Shown in pieces: positions 38,826 through 48,426 of a DNA stretch of 64,000 nucleotides. Origin of the DNA: a virus. Location of the stretch: positions 1 to 64,000 of IMG/VR virus record IMGVR_UViG_3300020473_002209; one strand, given 5' to 3'. Each line of letters opens with the position of its first letter. Positions within the stretch are counted from its first letter, which is position 1. The notes beneath the pieces are model-generated. The model was not told where the DNA came from and did not search any database. It was given only the letters and a program-made list of their open reading frames with translations. The translations under genes and the position numbers were made by a program.

Positions 38826-40154
38826 ATGGCAACAAGATATTCATTAACAAAAGGTAAGTACCAGACAGTTGATACTGGTTATGACAGCGGAGACGTCGTT
38901 GATGACTTCACTATACCCTCTTGTACGATAGAAGATGTTGATAGAGGAGTATTTGATTTATTCAACAAAGAGCTACCATTATTTTATAAGCGTAAAGATC
39001 AGCAGAAGCGTGTGCCTGTAATATTCGCAACAGGTGAGCGCTTCGCGATCTTGGCTAGAAACAAACCTTTGAGAGACAAGTCTAACGCATTAATTCTACC
39101 CTTAATTTCCGTTATAAGAACCGGCATAGACCAAGAAGGTGCAAAAGGCGCAGGACAATTTCAGGGCGGACCTATTACTATTAAAGCTCGACTAAGCGAA
39201 GATGACTTAAGATATCAAAGACTTCAGAACAATAATGGGTTCAAGAATTCAGACGAAAATGCTATAGCTGCATTTGACAAATTGAATAATGGTGACGGAG
39301 GCGGAACAACAAACGGCCGCCTTGCAACTCGCAGAGGTATGCCAGTGATACCAACGTCAAGCAGACGAGGCACAATTTTAATACCAAGCGTAAAGAAAAA
39401 CTTGATGGAAATGATTCAAATTCCCCCAATTAAGCAGTATACTGCGACCTATGAGATTACTTTTTGGACGCAATACACTCAAGAAATGAATTCGATGCTC
39501 AATGTTTTGATGGGCGGTTATGTAGAAAATAGAAGGCGTACTTTCGTTATTGAGACTGAGAGCGGATACAGGTTTTCTGCATTTGTTGATGCGGCACTAA
39601 CACCGCAGAATAATTTTGATGATTTTACAGATACAGAGAGACTAGTCAAATATAACCTAACAATGAGTGTTGCAGCATATATGGTCGCAGCTCAAGAGCC
39701 CGGGATGCCAGTGCCATTTAGAAAAACTGTTTCTTCACCTGATGTTGCTTTTGGCGTAAGTCAAACCATCGGTGGAGTACCGGCATCCCCACCACCCGCA
39801 GGAATCCCATCTGGTGATCCGATGGCATGGATTTTTGCCGGTACCACCCCAGCAGATGAAGGTGATCCACCCGGCGGGATAGGTTCACCGAGAGGTGCGA
39901 ACGCAATTGGCGGGTTCCCAGGAACCCCAACAGTAGAAGTCGGAGGGCAATCTGCAGCAAATCTTGCAGGTCCAGCGAGATTAACGAGTCCGACGACTAT
40001 AATTACAACTATCAACCCATTTACAGGAAAGAAAGAGCATCTCGAAATCATAATTTCAAGCGCGGATCCCAAGACGGGAGAAGCAGTTTTTAAGTTTAGT
40101 AAGAAGTCCCCCAGTGGCTTTGCACTCGATCTTGGGAAACTACTCAAAGATTGA
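38826..40154 (+). CDS. Tail terminator / sheath stabiliser (gp15-like)
   Basis: IEDVDRGV, VPVIFATGERF, LILPLISVIRT, YEITFWTQY.QEMN; Pro/Gly-rich tail; position before the sheath genes. Confidence 0.7.
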   Translation: MATRYSLTKGKYQTVDTGYDSGDVVDDFTIPSCTIEDVDRGVFDLFNKELPLFYKRKDQQKRVPVIFATGERFAILARNKPLRDKSNALILPLISVIRTGIDQEGAKGAGQFQGGPITIKARLSEDDLRYQRLQNNNGFKNSDENAIAAFDKLNNGDGGGTTNGRLATRRGMPVIPTSSRRGTILIPSVKKNLMEMIQIPPIKQYTATYEITFWTQYTQEMNSMLNVLMGGYVENRRRTFVIETESGYRFSAFVDAALTPQNNFDDFTDTERLVKYNLTMSVAAYMVAAQEPGMPVPFRKTVSSPDVAFGVSQTIGGVPASPPPAGIPSGDPMAWIFAGTTPADEGDPPGGIGSPRGANAIGGFPGTPTVEVGGQSAANLAGPARLTSPTTIITTINPFTGKKEHLEIIISSADPKTGEAVFKFSKKSPSGFALDLGKLLKD

Positions 40155-40188
40155 TAAAGCTATATGAGACATTTAGGCATCGTACGAA

Positions 40189-40195
40189 ATAGTTA
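40189..40195 (+). promoter_or_regulatory. Putative late promoter (ATAGTTA)
   Basis: Intergenic, before sheath 1. Confidence 0.65.
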
Positions 40196-40228
40196 TTTGT
40201 GATATAGAAGATCCAGGAGACCCGACTC

Positions 40229-43200
40229 ATGGCAGAGCAAACATTTAGATCCCCAGGTTTTTTTGAGCGTGAAATCGACGCGACAGCAAGAGAAACCTCA
40301 ATCGTAGGTACTCCAGCAGGTGTTGTTGGAACCGCACAAAAAGGTCCTGCGTTCGTACCGGTAACGGTCGGAAGCATGACAGACTTTATCAATAAGTTTG
40401 GCGATATTGATACAAACAGATTTGGTCCTTACGCTGTGCAAGCATTCCTGGCAAACAGGACTGCACTAACCTACATGAGAGTGCTAGGCGCCGGCGCAAA
40501 TGAGACCACAACAGATATTGAGAACACCCAAAACAAGGGTATCGTAAAAAACGCAGGGTTCAAAATAGTCCCCGCTACCTCACAGTGGAACATCGATACC
40601 GCTCTCGGCGCAAGCGTTGGAAAGTACGATGATAGCTGCGTCCAGTTTCTTGTTGCGAAGCACTACGTTTCAGGCGCGACAGACTATTCTCACCCAATGT
40701 TCGTTGATAACCCTTCTTTCGATAGTTCGGGCGGAGACAACGTAAACTTGGTCCGAGGTGTTATCTTTACTGCTTCGGGAAGTCGTATGCAGATCCTTGA
40801 TATTGGTGAAACTTGGACGAACATCCTAGACTCCAGAGCGAGTCTGCTTGAATCCAATTTATTCGCTCTGGCTGTGTCTTCATCAAGAGGTGGGGCTTAC
40901 ACTACTCAATATGGTGTAACAGATAAGTACGGCGCGAAAGTTGCTGGACCAGGTGTCAATATTATGACAGCGTCACTTGACCCGTCAAGCAACAATTACA
41001 TTTCTAAGGTACTCAATACTGATCCGCTTAAGTTTTACGAGCATCAGCACCTTTTATACCTCGACTTTGCTGTTGAGGCAGAGATCGCTGGATTGCTGGA
41101 AGGTTCAGCTGGCTGCATTGGACTCCTCTCAGGCTCACAAGACCAGCTAAACAATGCGATTGACGGAAAAGCACTCGGTAGCTTCGGTCGTTTTGATACA
41201 AGATATACGACTGCTCAAACCCCCATGATTTTCTCGCAACCTTATGGTGGCACTGAGTATGAGCTCTTTCACTTCGAGTCACTTTCTGATGGTGAGTATG
41301 CAAATGACAACGTAAAGATCACCATAGCTAATCTGCGGGCTTCTACCGATGGAAACTATCCGTACCCCGAGTTCGAAGTTCAAGTTAGAAAGTTCGATGA
41401 TTCAGATATGGACCCGAAAGTATTGGAGACATACCCTGCTTGTAACCTTGATCCTGGCTCTGAAAACTTTATTGCTAGAAAGATCGGTGATTACAAGGCA
41501 CGATACAACTTTGACGCAGACTCTGATGCAGAAAAGAGAATTATCGTTACCGGACGTTACGCAAACGTATCTAACTTCGTTCGCGTAGTAATGAAAGAGG
41601 CAGTGTATAACCGCCTTATTCCGAAAGATGCATGTCCGTTCGGCTTCGAGGGACTTCCGGTTCTTAAAACAACAGATTCTATGACAGACAACGCCGCGAA
41701 CCTTAAAGAGAATGGTGTTGTTTACGGAAATGTTGTTGATGATACCGACTCGCCAGGTGGGCGTATGTGGGGTGCAGGCGATTCGGATGAAGCTAATGCA
41801 GGCGCAGCGCTTCTTAGATCGATTGTACCGCCCCTTCCCTTCCGCTTTAAGATTACTCGAGGTAATGTAAAGAACAATTATTCAGGTATGGCAGGTGACC
41901 CGAGTTCAAGAGAGATTGTCGATAGACGCCTTAACTGGGGTGTTAAGTGGTCTCGCTGTCCTGAAACAGGTAGCATGGACAACGCGAACCTAAACGTTAA
42001 CGCTTCTAACATTGCGAATCCGCTTATTAAGGCATACGCTAAAATGAACGGAATCTCTCTTCTAGATACAGTCGTTACCGGTTCTGGTAAGAATGCTTTT
42101 AACGCCAACAAATTCACTCTTGCTAGAGTTGCTCTAGTCGGAACTGGTAGCGGTGGATCAGCTAAGACGCTTTACTGGCTAACAGGAAGCGGTGAAGAAG
42201 TCATGAAGGAAGCTTGCTATATCAGAAATGGTGTACCCGACTCCCAGAATTACGTTATTATGGATCCTGATAAGACCAACCAGGGTCGTGTAACGCTGGC
42301 TACGCTTGTGCAGTCAAGCTCTGTTAAGTTCAACCGCTTTACAGCATACACTGCCTTCAACATTCCGATGTACGGTGGTTTTGATGGCGTAAACATTCTT
42401 AATAAAGAAATGTACTATATGACTGATAGGGCTGCTTCGACGGATGCCACAACTGGAGGGTTCACAGGATACGCTTCTGATGAGTTCGACCAGGGAACGA
42501 TTGGTCTTTCACCATCGTATAGCGATGGTTCCTTGGCTAACCAGTCTGGACAAGGAAGACTCAATAACAGCATCGCGGCATATCGAAAAGCTGCTGAGAT
42601 CATGACAGATGCGATGACTACAAGAATTAACATTCTAGCTATCCCTGGTATTCGTGATGCATACGTTACTGATCATGCTGCTCTTAAGACGAAAGAGTAC
42701 TCAATGGCCATGTACGTGATGGACATCCCATCCTGGACCGAAAGCGAAACACGCTTATTCGGCGGTGAAGATAGCTCTAAGATCGCTAGTGCATCCTACT
42801 CATTACCAGATGTCAGAGAAACAGCTGAACAGTTTGAGTCAAGAGTATTTGATAATAACTACACAGCAGCTTACTTCCCAGATGTGTACATCACAGACTC
42901 TACCACGATGAACAAGGTTCAGGTTCCAGCATCCGTCGCAGTAATGTCTGCCTTAGGATATAATGATAAGGTCGCGTATCCCTGGTTCGCACCAGCAGGA
43001 TTCAATCGCGGTGGATTAGGGATTGTAAGTAACACAGCTGTTCGATTAACAGCGGGTGACAGAGACGATCTATACGATGCCCGTATTAACCCAATCGCGA
43101 ACTTCTCAGATGGAAGCTTCGTGATATTCGGTCAGAAGACTTGCCAGCTTGCTAAGTCTGCTCTAGATAGAGTCAACGTTCGTAGAATGTTATTGGAAGT

Positions 43201-43480
43201 CAAGAGACAAGTTGTTGCAGTCGCTGACAAGATTCTGTTCGAGCCCAACAACGACGCTACCCGCGCTCGTTTCATCGGTCAGGTCACACCGCTTCTCGCG
43301 ACGATTCAGTCCCAGCAGGGTATTGAGTCTTTCAAGGTCGTGATGGATGGTAGCAACAATACAACAGAAGATGTTGAGAACAACAGACTAAACGGACGCA
43401 TTGTTGTCGTACCCACTAGAGCAATCGAATTTATTGCTATAGATTTTATCATAACAAACAGTGGCGTAGATTTTGCGTAG
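40229..43480 (+). CDS. gp18: Tail sheath protein 1
   Basis: FRSPGFFEREID, GTAQKGPAFVP, PWFAPAGFNRG, LYDARINPI, FGQKT, SALDRVNVRRML, FEPN, PTRAIEFIAIDF. Confidence 0.95.
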   Translation: MAEQTFRSPGFFEREIDATARETSIVGTPAGVVGTAQKGPAFVPVTVGSMTDFINKFGDIDTNRFGPYAVQAFLANRTALTYMRVLGAGANETTTDIENTQNKGIVKNAGFKIVPATSQWNIDTALGASVGKYDDSCVQFLVAKHYVSGATDYSHPMFVDNPSFDSSGGDNVNLVRGVIFTASGSRMQILDIGETWTNILDSRASLLESNLFALAVSSSRGGAYTTQYGVTDKYGAKVAGPGVNIMTASLDPSSNNYISKVLNTDPLKFYEHQHLLYLDFAVEAEIAGLLEGSAGCIGLLSGSQDQLNNAIDGKALGSFGRFDTRYTTAQTPMIFSQPYGGTEYELFHFESLSDGEYANDNVKITIANLRASTDGNYPYPEFEVQVRKFDDSDMDPKVLETYPACNLDPGSENFIARKIGDYKARYNFDADSDAEKRIIVTGRYANVSNFVRVVMKEAVYNRLIPKDACPFGFEGLPVLKTTDSMTDNAANLKENGVVYGNVVDDTDSPGGRMWGAGDSDEANAGAALLRSIVPPLPFRFKITRGNVKNNYSGMAGDPSSREIVDRRLNWGVKWSRCPETGSMDNANLNVNASNIANPLIKAYAKMNGISLLDTVVTGSGKNAFNANKFTLARVALVGTGSGGSAKTLYWLTGSGEEVMKEACYIRNGVPDSQNYVIMDPDKTNQGRVTLATLVQSSSVKFNRFTAYTAFNIPMYGGFDGVNILNKEMYYMTDRAASTDATTGGFTGYASDEFDQGTIGLSPSYSDGSLANQSGQGRLNNSIAAYRKAAEIMTDAMTTRINILAIPGIRDAYVTDHAALKTKEYSMAMYVMDIPSWTESETRLFGGEDSSKIASASYSLPDVRETAEQFESRVFDNNYTAAYFPDVYITDSTTMNKVQVPASVAVMSALGYNDKVAYPWFAPAGFNRGGLGIVSNTAVRLTAGDRDDLYDARINPIANFSDGSFVIFGQKTCQLAKSALDRVNVRRMLLEVKRQVVAVADKILFEPNNDATRARFIGQVTPLLATIQSQQGIESFKVVMDGSNNTTEDVENNRLNGRIVVVPTRAIEFIAIDFIITNSGVDFA

Positions 43481-43481
43481 T

Positions 43482-43488
43482 ATAGTTA
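43482..43488 (+). promoter_or_regulatory. Putative late promoter (ATAGTTA)
   Basis: Sits in the 35-nt gap between the two sheath genes. Confidence 0.65.
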
Positions 43489-43515
43489 AAAAGAGATTAC
43501 AGGAGATTATTTCAA

Positions 43516-46500
43516 ATGGCTGAACTTACATTTAAGAGCCCGGGTGTTTCTACCAAAGAAATAGACCTTTCGGGTCCGACAGTAACCGGACCGAGCGGAG
43601 TACCAGCTGGAGTTATCGGAACAGCAGATCAAGGACGAGCATTTGTTCCCATAACAATGGCGACTTTCTCTGATTTTGTGGCTGAATTTGGTAACACCGA
43701 TGGCACGAAATTCGGTCCAATGGCAATGAGGCAGTGGTTGCAATATACCCAGGCGGGAACCTATCTTAGGGTTCTGGGCGCTGGTGACGGCAAGAAGAGA
43801 GCAGCATCAGGTGCTGTAACAAATGCTGGCTTTATTGTCGGTGAGCAACTCCCCAAAGGAAACGGAATCTTGGGTAGGAATACCTACGCTGGTGCAGGCA
43901 CATCGGGCGGCGGTGCTCTTGGTCGTGCTTCGTTTCTGGCAGTTTGTATGTCTGCCCCTGATGGTACTACTCTCCCAAATACATCGAACACTTATCTTAC
44001 AGAAGCCGGCCTCCAGGCAAGCCAGCCAATTCTTAGAGGAGTTATTCTCGCTGCGTCTGGTGTTTTACCAGCGCTGAGTGCTTCTAGAGCTGCAACTGCA
44101 ACTGCTTCCACCGGTAGTCGTGGCGAAGCTGGATACGGCGGTGGTCTTTTCTCTGGGAATAATATTCCTCTCGGGGCCCCAACAGCTCAGAACCTCTGTG
44201 CAGCCACATCGTTTGGTACTGCTGCGACTAAGAACGCTGGTTCTACACTCGGGGCTGTTGATATCGCTGGTGGAAAGCAAGAATTCGTCCTTTTATTAAA
44301 TGGCCACACGCATACAGACTCATTCCCCACAGTTATTACTGCATCATTCGATCCGCAGGCACCGAATTACCTTGCTAATGTTCTTAATACTGACCCTATG
44401 GACCTTCAGAAGGCGGGCCACTATCTTTACACTCACTATCCTGTATACAGCAGCTTTGCGGTTCCAACCGGCTCTGGTTTGATGAACTACAATTATGAGC
44501 CTGCCGTAGACGGACTAGTGGGGTCAACGCAAAAGAAGATGGAAGACATCGCGTTCTTGGTTACTTCTTCGCTTGGAAGAAATGCTGGCAGCGCTACGAT
44601 CCCCAACTTTGAAGGATTCCGTGATCGGTTCCGCACTGCTGCGGCACCAAAAGTTATATCTCAAAATTACGGTGGTTCACCAAAGGACCTATTCCGTATC
44701 TGGTGTTTGGACGATGGCGCTATTGGGAACCACCGTGTTAAGATTTCTATCGACAACATCGTGAAATCGACAAATGTTAACAACAAGTATTGTGTATTCG
44801 ATCTTGCAGTTAGAGACTTTGAAGATACTGATGACCTTCCCGTAGTTATCGAGAAATTCCCCAAGCTTTCTCTCAATCCTCTCGATGAAAGATACATCGC
44901 CAGAGTAATCGGTGACTATCACCTGTATTATGACTTTGACAAGAGGGTAGGCTCTCAGAAGCTTGTTGTTGAGGGAAGCTATCCTAACCGTTCGAACTAT
45001 ATCCGCGTCGAACCGGTAGACGCTCTTGATAAGGGCGAAATCCCCGCTGATGCAGTACCTTGCGGTTTCCGCGGTATTGATCACCTCGTGACTTCTGGTT
45101 CGAGCATCTTTAAGATGCAATCGGCCGACTTCGCGGGAGACATTGGTCTTGGTGCATTTGCAAGTGCAGACATAGTTCAACCACCTGTTCCACTGCGTTC
45201 AACGGTTGCTAGAGGGCTGTCACCACGCAAAGTCCTTGCATCTCAACTCTACTGGGGTATCCAGTTTGAGAAGAAGCAAAACAGGAAAGAGCCGAATAAG
45301 AGCACTGTTTACGACGGTTCTATGGAGCAGTGGGGCACGTATTTCCCAAATTACGCACAGACTACACAGGCTGCCTTAGTGGGAGATAACGCTGGTGTTG
45401 CCGACGCGGGTGGTACGATTCTTGACTGTGACCGCTTTAACAATAACAAGTTCTCGCTTGAGAATATTCAGGTTATCGTAACCTCTGCCGATAAAGCAGA
45501 TTCGAGCCAGTGGGCAGCCGCGACGTATCGTCGGAACGGCGCAGCAGAAAGTATGGAAGACGTTGATGGTACTACAAAGACAACAGCGTCAGGGCTTACG
45601 AGACTTCTTAGCGTAGAAAAAGACTTCGGCCTTTCCTCGGCAAGAAAATTCCTCAAGTTCTCATTCCTTGCGCAAGGTGGCTTTGACGGATTAAACATCT
45701 TTGATAGAAATAAGTTCGAAATGACTTCTACTGCCTGTAAGAGAGAGATGGATGATTCGGAACAGGGCGAGACAAACGGTCCCACTGTTGCTAGTTACCG
45801 AAAGGCGCTAGACATTCTTGAGCAAAGAGCAGACGTAAATATCCAACTCCTCGCGATTCCCGGAATACGTCATGAGTCTGTAACTGACTACGCAATCACG
45901 ACTGTTGAAGATCGCTTCGATGCGCTCTACATCATGGATATTGAGCAAACTGATACTCTTGGAAAAGTAGTGACAGGCTCAGCTTCCATCGTCAGTGTTA
46001 CGAATACAGTGGCAGATTTCCAAAGTCGAAATCTTGACTCTTCATTCGCAGCTGCATACTTCCCTGACGTTATCATGGAAGAAGTGAATACAGGCGGAAA
46101 TGTTGTGGCGCCAGCTAGTGTTGCGGTCCTTGGGGCATTTGGTCTAAATGATAAGATCGCATATCCCTGGTTCGCTCCAGCCGGTTTCACACGTGGCGCT
46201 CTTAAGCATGTTAGAGAAGCTAGCGTGAAGCTGAACAGAGACAACCTCGATGCACTGTACGATGTGGATATCAATCCAATCACTGCATTCCCTCAATCGA
46301 AGGAAGTTGTTGTCTTTGGTCAGAAAACACTTCTTGCAGCTCAGAGCGCTCTCGATCGAGTCAATGTTCGTCGCCTGCTAATCGATATTCGACGCCAGGT
46401 ACGTGCTATCGGAGATACATTCCTCTTCGAGCCAAACAGAGAAGCAACGCTTGCAAGATTCTCTGCCGCGGTTAACCCGATCCTCGCAAGAATACAGCAA

Positions 46501-46665
46501 CAGCAGGGTCTTGAGAGATTCAAGGTTCAGATTGATGCAACAACTACAACACAGGCTGATATTGAGAATAATACAGTAAGAGGAAAGATATTCTTACAGC
46601 CTGTCCGTTCGGTCGAATTTATATCACTAGATTTCGTGGTAACTAATGCCGGCATGGACATTTAA
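43516..46665 (+). CDS. gp18: Tail sheath protein 2
   Basis: FKSPGVSTKEID, PWFAPAGFTRG, FGQKTL...SALDRVNVRRLL, FEPN, PVRSVEFISLDF. Confidence 0.95.
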   Translation: MAELTFKSPGVSTKEIDLSGPTVTGPSGVPAGVIGTADQGRAFVPITMATFSDFVAEFGNTDGTKFGPMAMRQWLQYTQAGTYLRVLGAGDGKKRAASGAVTNAGFIVGEQLPKGNGILGRNTYAGAGTSGGGALGRASFLAVCMSAPDGTTLPNTSNTYLTEAGLQASQPILRGVILAASGVLPALSASRAATATASTGSRGEAGYGGGLFSGNNIPLGAPTAQNLCAATSFGTAATKNAGSTLGAVDIAGGKQEFVLLLNGHTHTDSFPTVITASFDPQAPNYLANVLNTDPMDLQKAGHYLYTHYPVYSSFAVPTGSGLMNYNYEPAVDGLVGSTQKKMEDIAFLVTSSLGRNAGSATIPNFEGFRDRFRTAAAPKVISQNYGGSPKDLFRIWCLDDGAIGNHRVKISIDNIVKSTNVNNKYCVFDLAVRDFEDTDDLPVVIEKFPKLSLNPLDERYIARVIGDYHLYYDFDKRVGSQKLVVEGSYPNRSNYIRVEPVDALDKGEIPADAVPCGFRGIDHLVTSGSSIFKMQSADFAGDIGLGAFASADIVQPPVPLRSTVARGLSPRKVLASQLYWGIQFEKKQNRKEPNKSTVYDGSMEQWGTYFPNYAQTTQAALVGDNAGVADAGGTILDCDRFNNNKFSLENIQVIVTSADKADSSQWAAATYRRNGAAESMEDVDGTTKTTASGLTRLLSVEKDFGLSSARKFLKFSFLAQGGFDGLNIFDRNKFEMTSTACKREMDDSEQGETNGPTVASYRKALDILEQRADVNIQLLAIPGIRHESVTDYAITTVEDRFDALYIMDIEQTDTLGKVVTGSASIVSVTNTVADFQSRNLDSSFAAAYFPDVIMEEVNTGGNVVAPASVAVLGAFGLNDKIAYPWFAPAGFTRGALKHVREASVKLNRDNLDALYDVDINPITAFPQSKEVVVFGQKTLLAAQSALDRVNVRRLLIDIRRQVRAIGDTFLFEPNREATLARFSAAVNPILARIQQQQGLERFKVQIDATTTTQADIENNTVRGKIFLQPVRSVEFISLDFVVTNAGMDI

Positions 46666-46677
46666 TTCAAGAACTAT

Positions 46678-46684
46678 ATAGTTA
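46678..46684 (+). promoter_or_regulatory. Putative late promoter (ATAGTTA)
   Basis: Intergenic, before the tube gene. Confidence 0.65.
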
Positions 46685-46708
46685 AATAAGAACAAGGAGT
46701 AAATCAAA

Positions 46709-47197
46709 ATGCCAGAAACATTATCAGTTACCGATATGTTGCCGAACAAGTTCGAGCCGAAAAGAAAATTTAGGTGGGTGTTCGCAATTGAAGGTATTGA
46801 CGCATTTTTGATCAAGACGGCTGCTCGCCCTACAATGAACACCGCTGAGGTTGAAATTCCCTTTATTAACTCTACCCGCTTTATTGCTGGTAAGACGAAG
46901 TTCGACGCTTTATCAGTCACACTTCACGATCCGATTGCTCCTTCAGGTGCACAGCAGGTTATGGAATGGGTTCGTACCCACTATGAATCTGTCTCTGGTC
47001 GCGGTGGTTATGCTGACTTCTATAAGCGCGATTGCCAGCTTAAGCTGCTTGACCCCGTAGGTACGGTGGTTGAACTTTGGGATATGAAAGGATGCTTCCT
47101 AACCTCAGCCGCTTTCGGTGACCTGGACTATGGTTCAGAAGATCCGGCAGAAATCTCATTGTCGATTCGTTTTGATAACTGTGTACTTCAATACTGA
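46709..47197 (+). CDS. gp19: Tail tube protein (T4 gp19-like)
   Basis: FEPKRKFRW, RP, VTLHDPI, VMEW, YKRD..LKLLDPVG.VVE.W..KGCF...FGDLDY...ISLSIRFD. Confidence 0.9.
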   Translation: MPETLSVTDMLPNKFEPKRKFRWVFAIEGIDAFLIKTAARPTMNTAEVEIPFINSTRFIAGKTKFDALSVTLHDPIAPSGAQQVMEWVRTHYESVSGRGGYADFYKRDCQLKLLDPVGTVVELWDMKGCFLTSAAFGDLDYGSEDPAEISLSIRFDNCVLQY

Positions 47198-47222
47198 TTA
47201 TCGAAAACAATCTATCCTAAAG

Positions 47223-47249
47223 AGAGCGTGTTATCACGCTCTTTTTTTT
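47223..47249 (+). terminator. Rho-independent terminator
   Basis: AGAGCGTG-TTAT-CACGCTCT followed by T7. Confidence 0.88.
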
Positions 47250-47310
47250 GTTTACAGTGAAGTATCGAAGTTTAAGATAATCATAATGTTGTTAAGCATG
47301 AGGTGTATTT

Positions 47311-48171
47311 ATGTCAACTGAACAAGGCGGCGGCCCCGGCGGCCCAGAGAGAAGCGAAATTTTCGGATCCATGAAGGGACACATGCCCTCCCGAAATGTT
47401 ATGAAGGATGATTTCGGGTTTGAGATTCCTGTTGAAGTTGTTCCTCTCCCATCTGGTGGTAAGTGTTATGATGCCGAGCATCCGCTTTATGGTCAACAGA
47501 CCGTTGAAATAAGAGCCATGACAGCCCGTGAAGAAGATATTCTTACTTCAAAAGCTCTCATTAAGAAGGGTACCGTTATTAGTCATCTTCTAAAGTCATG
47601 TATGATTGATAAGCGTGTTAATCCTGATACAATGTTGGCTGGTGACAGAAACGCAATCATGGTCGCGATGCGCGTGACAGGTTATGGCGCAGCCTATAAT
47701 GTGGAAGTTGATTGCCCTGCATGCGGTGAGCGCTCTAAGCAGTCATTTAATCTTGGTGAATTACCAATTAAGCGATTAGATATTGAGCCTGCTGTTGAAG
47801 GAACGAATCTGTTTGAAGTACAGCTTCCTGTTACTAAGGCGAAATGTCGTTATAAGCTCCTCACTGGTACTGATGAGCAAGACATTATGATCGCTTCCGA
47901 AAGAAGAAAGAAGCAAGGTCAAAGAAGCGAAAACCTTATTACTTCACGCTTACGTTCTTCAATCGTTTCCGTAAACGGCGTTAGCGATCGTACTAAGCTT
48001 GACATGTTTGTATCGAGTCTACCGGCAAGAGACTCGTTGTTCCTAAGAAAGCATATTGATAAAAATGAACCTGGTATTGATATGACGTCCTGGATGGATT
48101 GTCCTTCCTGCTTGGAACACTCGGAGGTTAGACTGCCCCTGGGGGCGGCGTTTTTTTGGCCTGACGAATAG
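47311..48171 (+). CDS. Baseplate hub / tail assembly chaperone (T4 gp26-like, Zn-binding)
   Basis: VPLPSGG..Y, IRAMTAREEDIL, GDRNAIMVAMR, CPAC, CPSC; ends FFWP; lies between tube and tape measure. Confidence 0.8.
   Translation: MSTEQGGGPGGPERSEIFGSMKGHMPSRNVMKDDFGFEIPVEVVPLPSGGKCYDAEHPLYGQQTVEIRAMTAREEDILTSKALIKKGTVISHLLKSCMIDKRVNPDTMLAGDRNAIMVAMRVTGYGAAYNVEVDCPACGERSKQSFNLGELPIKRLDIEPAVEGTNLFEVQLPVTKAKCRYKLLTGTDEQDIMIASERRKKQGQRSENLITSRLRSSIVSVNGVSDRTKLDMFVSSLPARDSLFLRKHIDKNEPGIDMTSWMDCPSCLEHSEVRLPLGAAFFWPDE
48148..48160 (+). other. Putative programmed frameshift site GCG TTT TTT TGG
   Basis: T7 run (48151-48157) four codons before the stop. The +1 frame is open and reads FFGLTNSTKEIFLEQIFLLMYY. 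Confidence 0.65.
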
Positions 48172-48415
48172 CACCAAAGAAATATTCCTCGAGCAGATTT
48201 TCTTGTTGATGTACTACATGGGGTTTTCCTATGTGGAAGGCTACAATTGCCCAATATGGATGCGCCATTGGTTTATCAAGCGGCTTAACGATGAGATAAA
48301 GAAGTCCAATGGTAAGCAGTCATCTCATGCTGCCCACCAAAACAGTCCTGACGCTAGAGCGATGATGGGAAGATATCGTTCCCAAGTACCAGCAAAATTG
48401 CGTAGATTTACATAG
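48152..48415 (+). CDS. gp51-like chaperone extension, probably expressed by frameshift from 47311
   Basis: EQIFLLMYYMGFSYVEGYNCPIWMRHWFIKRL resembles the gp51/chaperone C-terminal motif; no SD before TTG 48203 or ATG 48209. Confidence 0.6.
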   Translation, partial: FFGLTNSTKEIFLEQIFLLMYYMGFSYVEGYNCPIWMRHWFIKRLNDEIKKSNGKQSSHAAHQNSPDARAMMGRYRSQVPAKLRRFT

Positions 48416-48426
48416 TTATTGTAGAG

